Shown in pieces: positions 63,338-64,000 of a stretch of 64,000 nucleotides of DNA. Below the pieces are notes generated by a model. The model saw only the letters and a program-made list of their open reading frames with translations. It was not told the origin of the DNA and ran no database searches. Origin of the DNA: Alphaproteobacteria bacterium (lineage in GTDB: Bacteria > Pseudomonadota > Alphaproteobacteria > GCA-2746255); NCBI GenBank assembly GCA_965249135.1, contig OZ252220.1:960001-1024000 (forward strand), given 5' to 3'. A program made the translations under genes and the position numbers. Position 1 is the first letter of the stretch; every line of letters begins with the position of its first letter.

Positions 63338-64000
63338 TTAATTCTCCCAACTCGCTGCGCCAAGTTTAACAGCGGAGATAAGACTGTGTATTTCGACATC
63401 TTCGTTTAGAACATTGTTTGCAAGCCGGTACTGGATGCTACGAAATTCACCACCGTCCGCTGGCTGGGTAAAACGATCGACGAATCTCGACCCGCCTAAT
63501 TTTGAAGTCCCTAGCGTAAATTGATTGGTCATGCTGGTACCTAGCACCGCCGTGCCGCCCTGGTTTATCGTTTGTGTCTGCTCGGTGTTATCGTCCCGAG
63601 TCCAGCCTAATGTAATGTTGCCGTTGTTTTTTGGCTCGATGCCAAGTGCAAAACCGCCAATCGTCTTCATAAAAGCAGGGTTCTGGTAAGTTAGAAATGG
63701 CATTGTAGCGGTGAATGAAATTGTCTTCGTCGTATCAATGCTTCGGTCCTTCTGATTTAACTTCCTGACGAAACCATCGTTGCCACCAGCCATGACAATA
63801 ATTCTGTCATTGCTTGATGAATCAACAACGGCGCCCAACGATACACATGTATCCGCGAAACTTGACCACTTCGACCACCGGACTGGATTGAATCGGTAGT
63901 CCATCATCAAGATGATATTTGGCTGCGATGAGGAATCAATCGGGAGGCATAACAAAACATGGCCTGCAAGCGTATTATTGGTGGCACAAGCATGCTTCAA
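63338..64000 (-). CDS. Phage tail stabilisation/nozzle-like protein, C-terminal part
   Basis: Beta-rich open frame to window edge; immediately upstream of tail fibre. Confidence 0.55.
   Translation of the reverse strand: MKHACATNNTLAGHVLLCLPIDSSSQPNIILMMDYRFNPVRWSKWSSFADTCVSLGAVVDSSSNDRIIVMAGGNDGFVRKLNQKDRSIDTTKTISFTATMPFLTYQNPAFMKTIGGFALGIEPKNNGNITLGWTRDDNTEQTQTINQGGTAVLGTSMTNQFTLGTSKLGGSRFVDRFTQPADGGEFRSIQYRLANNVLNEDVEIHSLISAVKLGAASWEN

Larger units (their letters stand above)
51959..64000 (-). mobile_element. Prophage (podovirus-like virion and lysis module), continues beyond window
   Basis: GC drop right after tRNA-Thr; co-oriented tail, GNAT-like, three ejection-like, lysozyme and holin genes. 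Confidence 0.8.

Overview
High-GC alphaproteobacterial chromosome segment (Rhodospirillales-like gene order: dcd-murA-hisG-hisD-UPF0262-LMW phosphatase-infA-maf-yacG-tRNA-Phe) mixed with accessory DNA. From left to right: (1) FAD oxidoreductase, RTX-repeat protein, speD-speE, mrp/DUF971, a tandem pair of halohydrin-dehalogenase-type genes (one canonical, one with an altered catalytic triad), EamA, amtB-glnK. (2) A roughly 10-PAS hybrid histidine kinase split by an antisense group II intron at 10567-12490. (3) A PhcB-like methyltransferase convergent with a membrane kinase, both with CtrA-type sites upstream. (4) A TetR/MMPL/LolA-like/MlaD/DUF1329 module. (5) A decaying accessory stretch at about 22-35 kb with many pseudogenes. 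It contains an unannotated 30-aa, 16-Gln ORF plus terminator and possible antiterminator directly upstream of an orphan Anbu proteasome-type gene. (6) Two single-gene units stacked between 31-bp copies of the tRNA-Phe 3' end. (7) A LysR-GST-SDR-AhpD module between 13-bp direct repeats. (8) A five-gene toluene/alkene-type soluble diiron monooxygenase with no reductase. (9) tRNA-Thr followed by one end of a podovirus-like prophage. All calls come from motif recognition by eye. No searches were run, and some single-base frameshifts may be sequencing errors.
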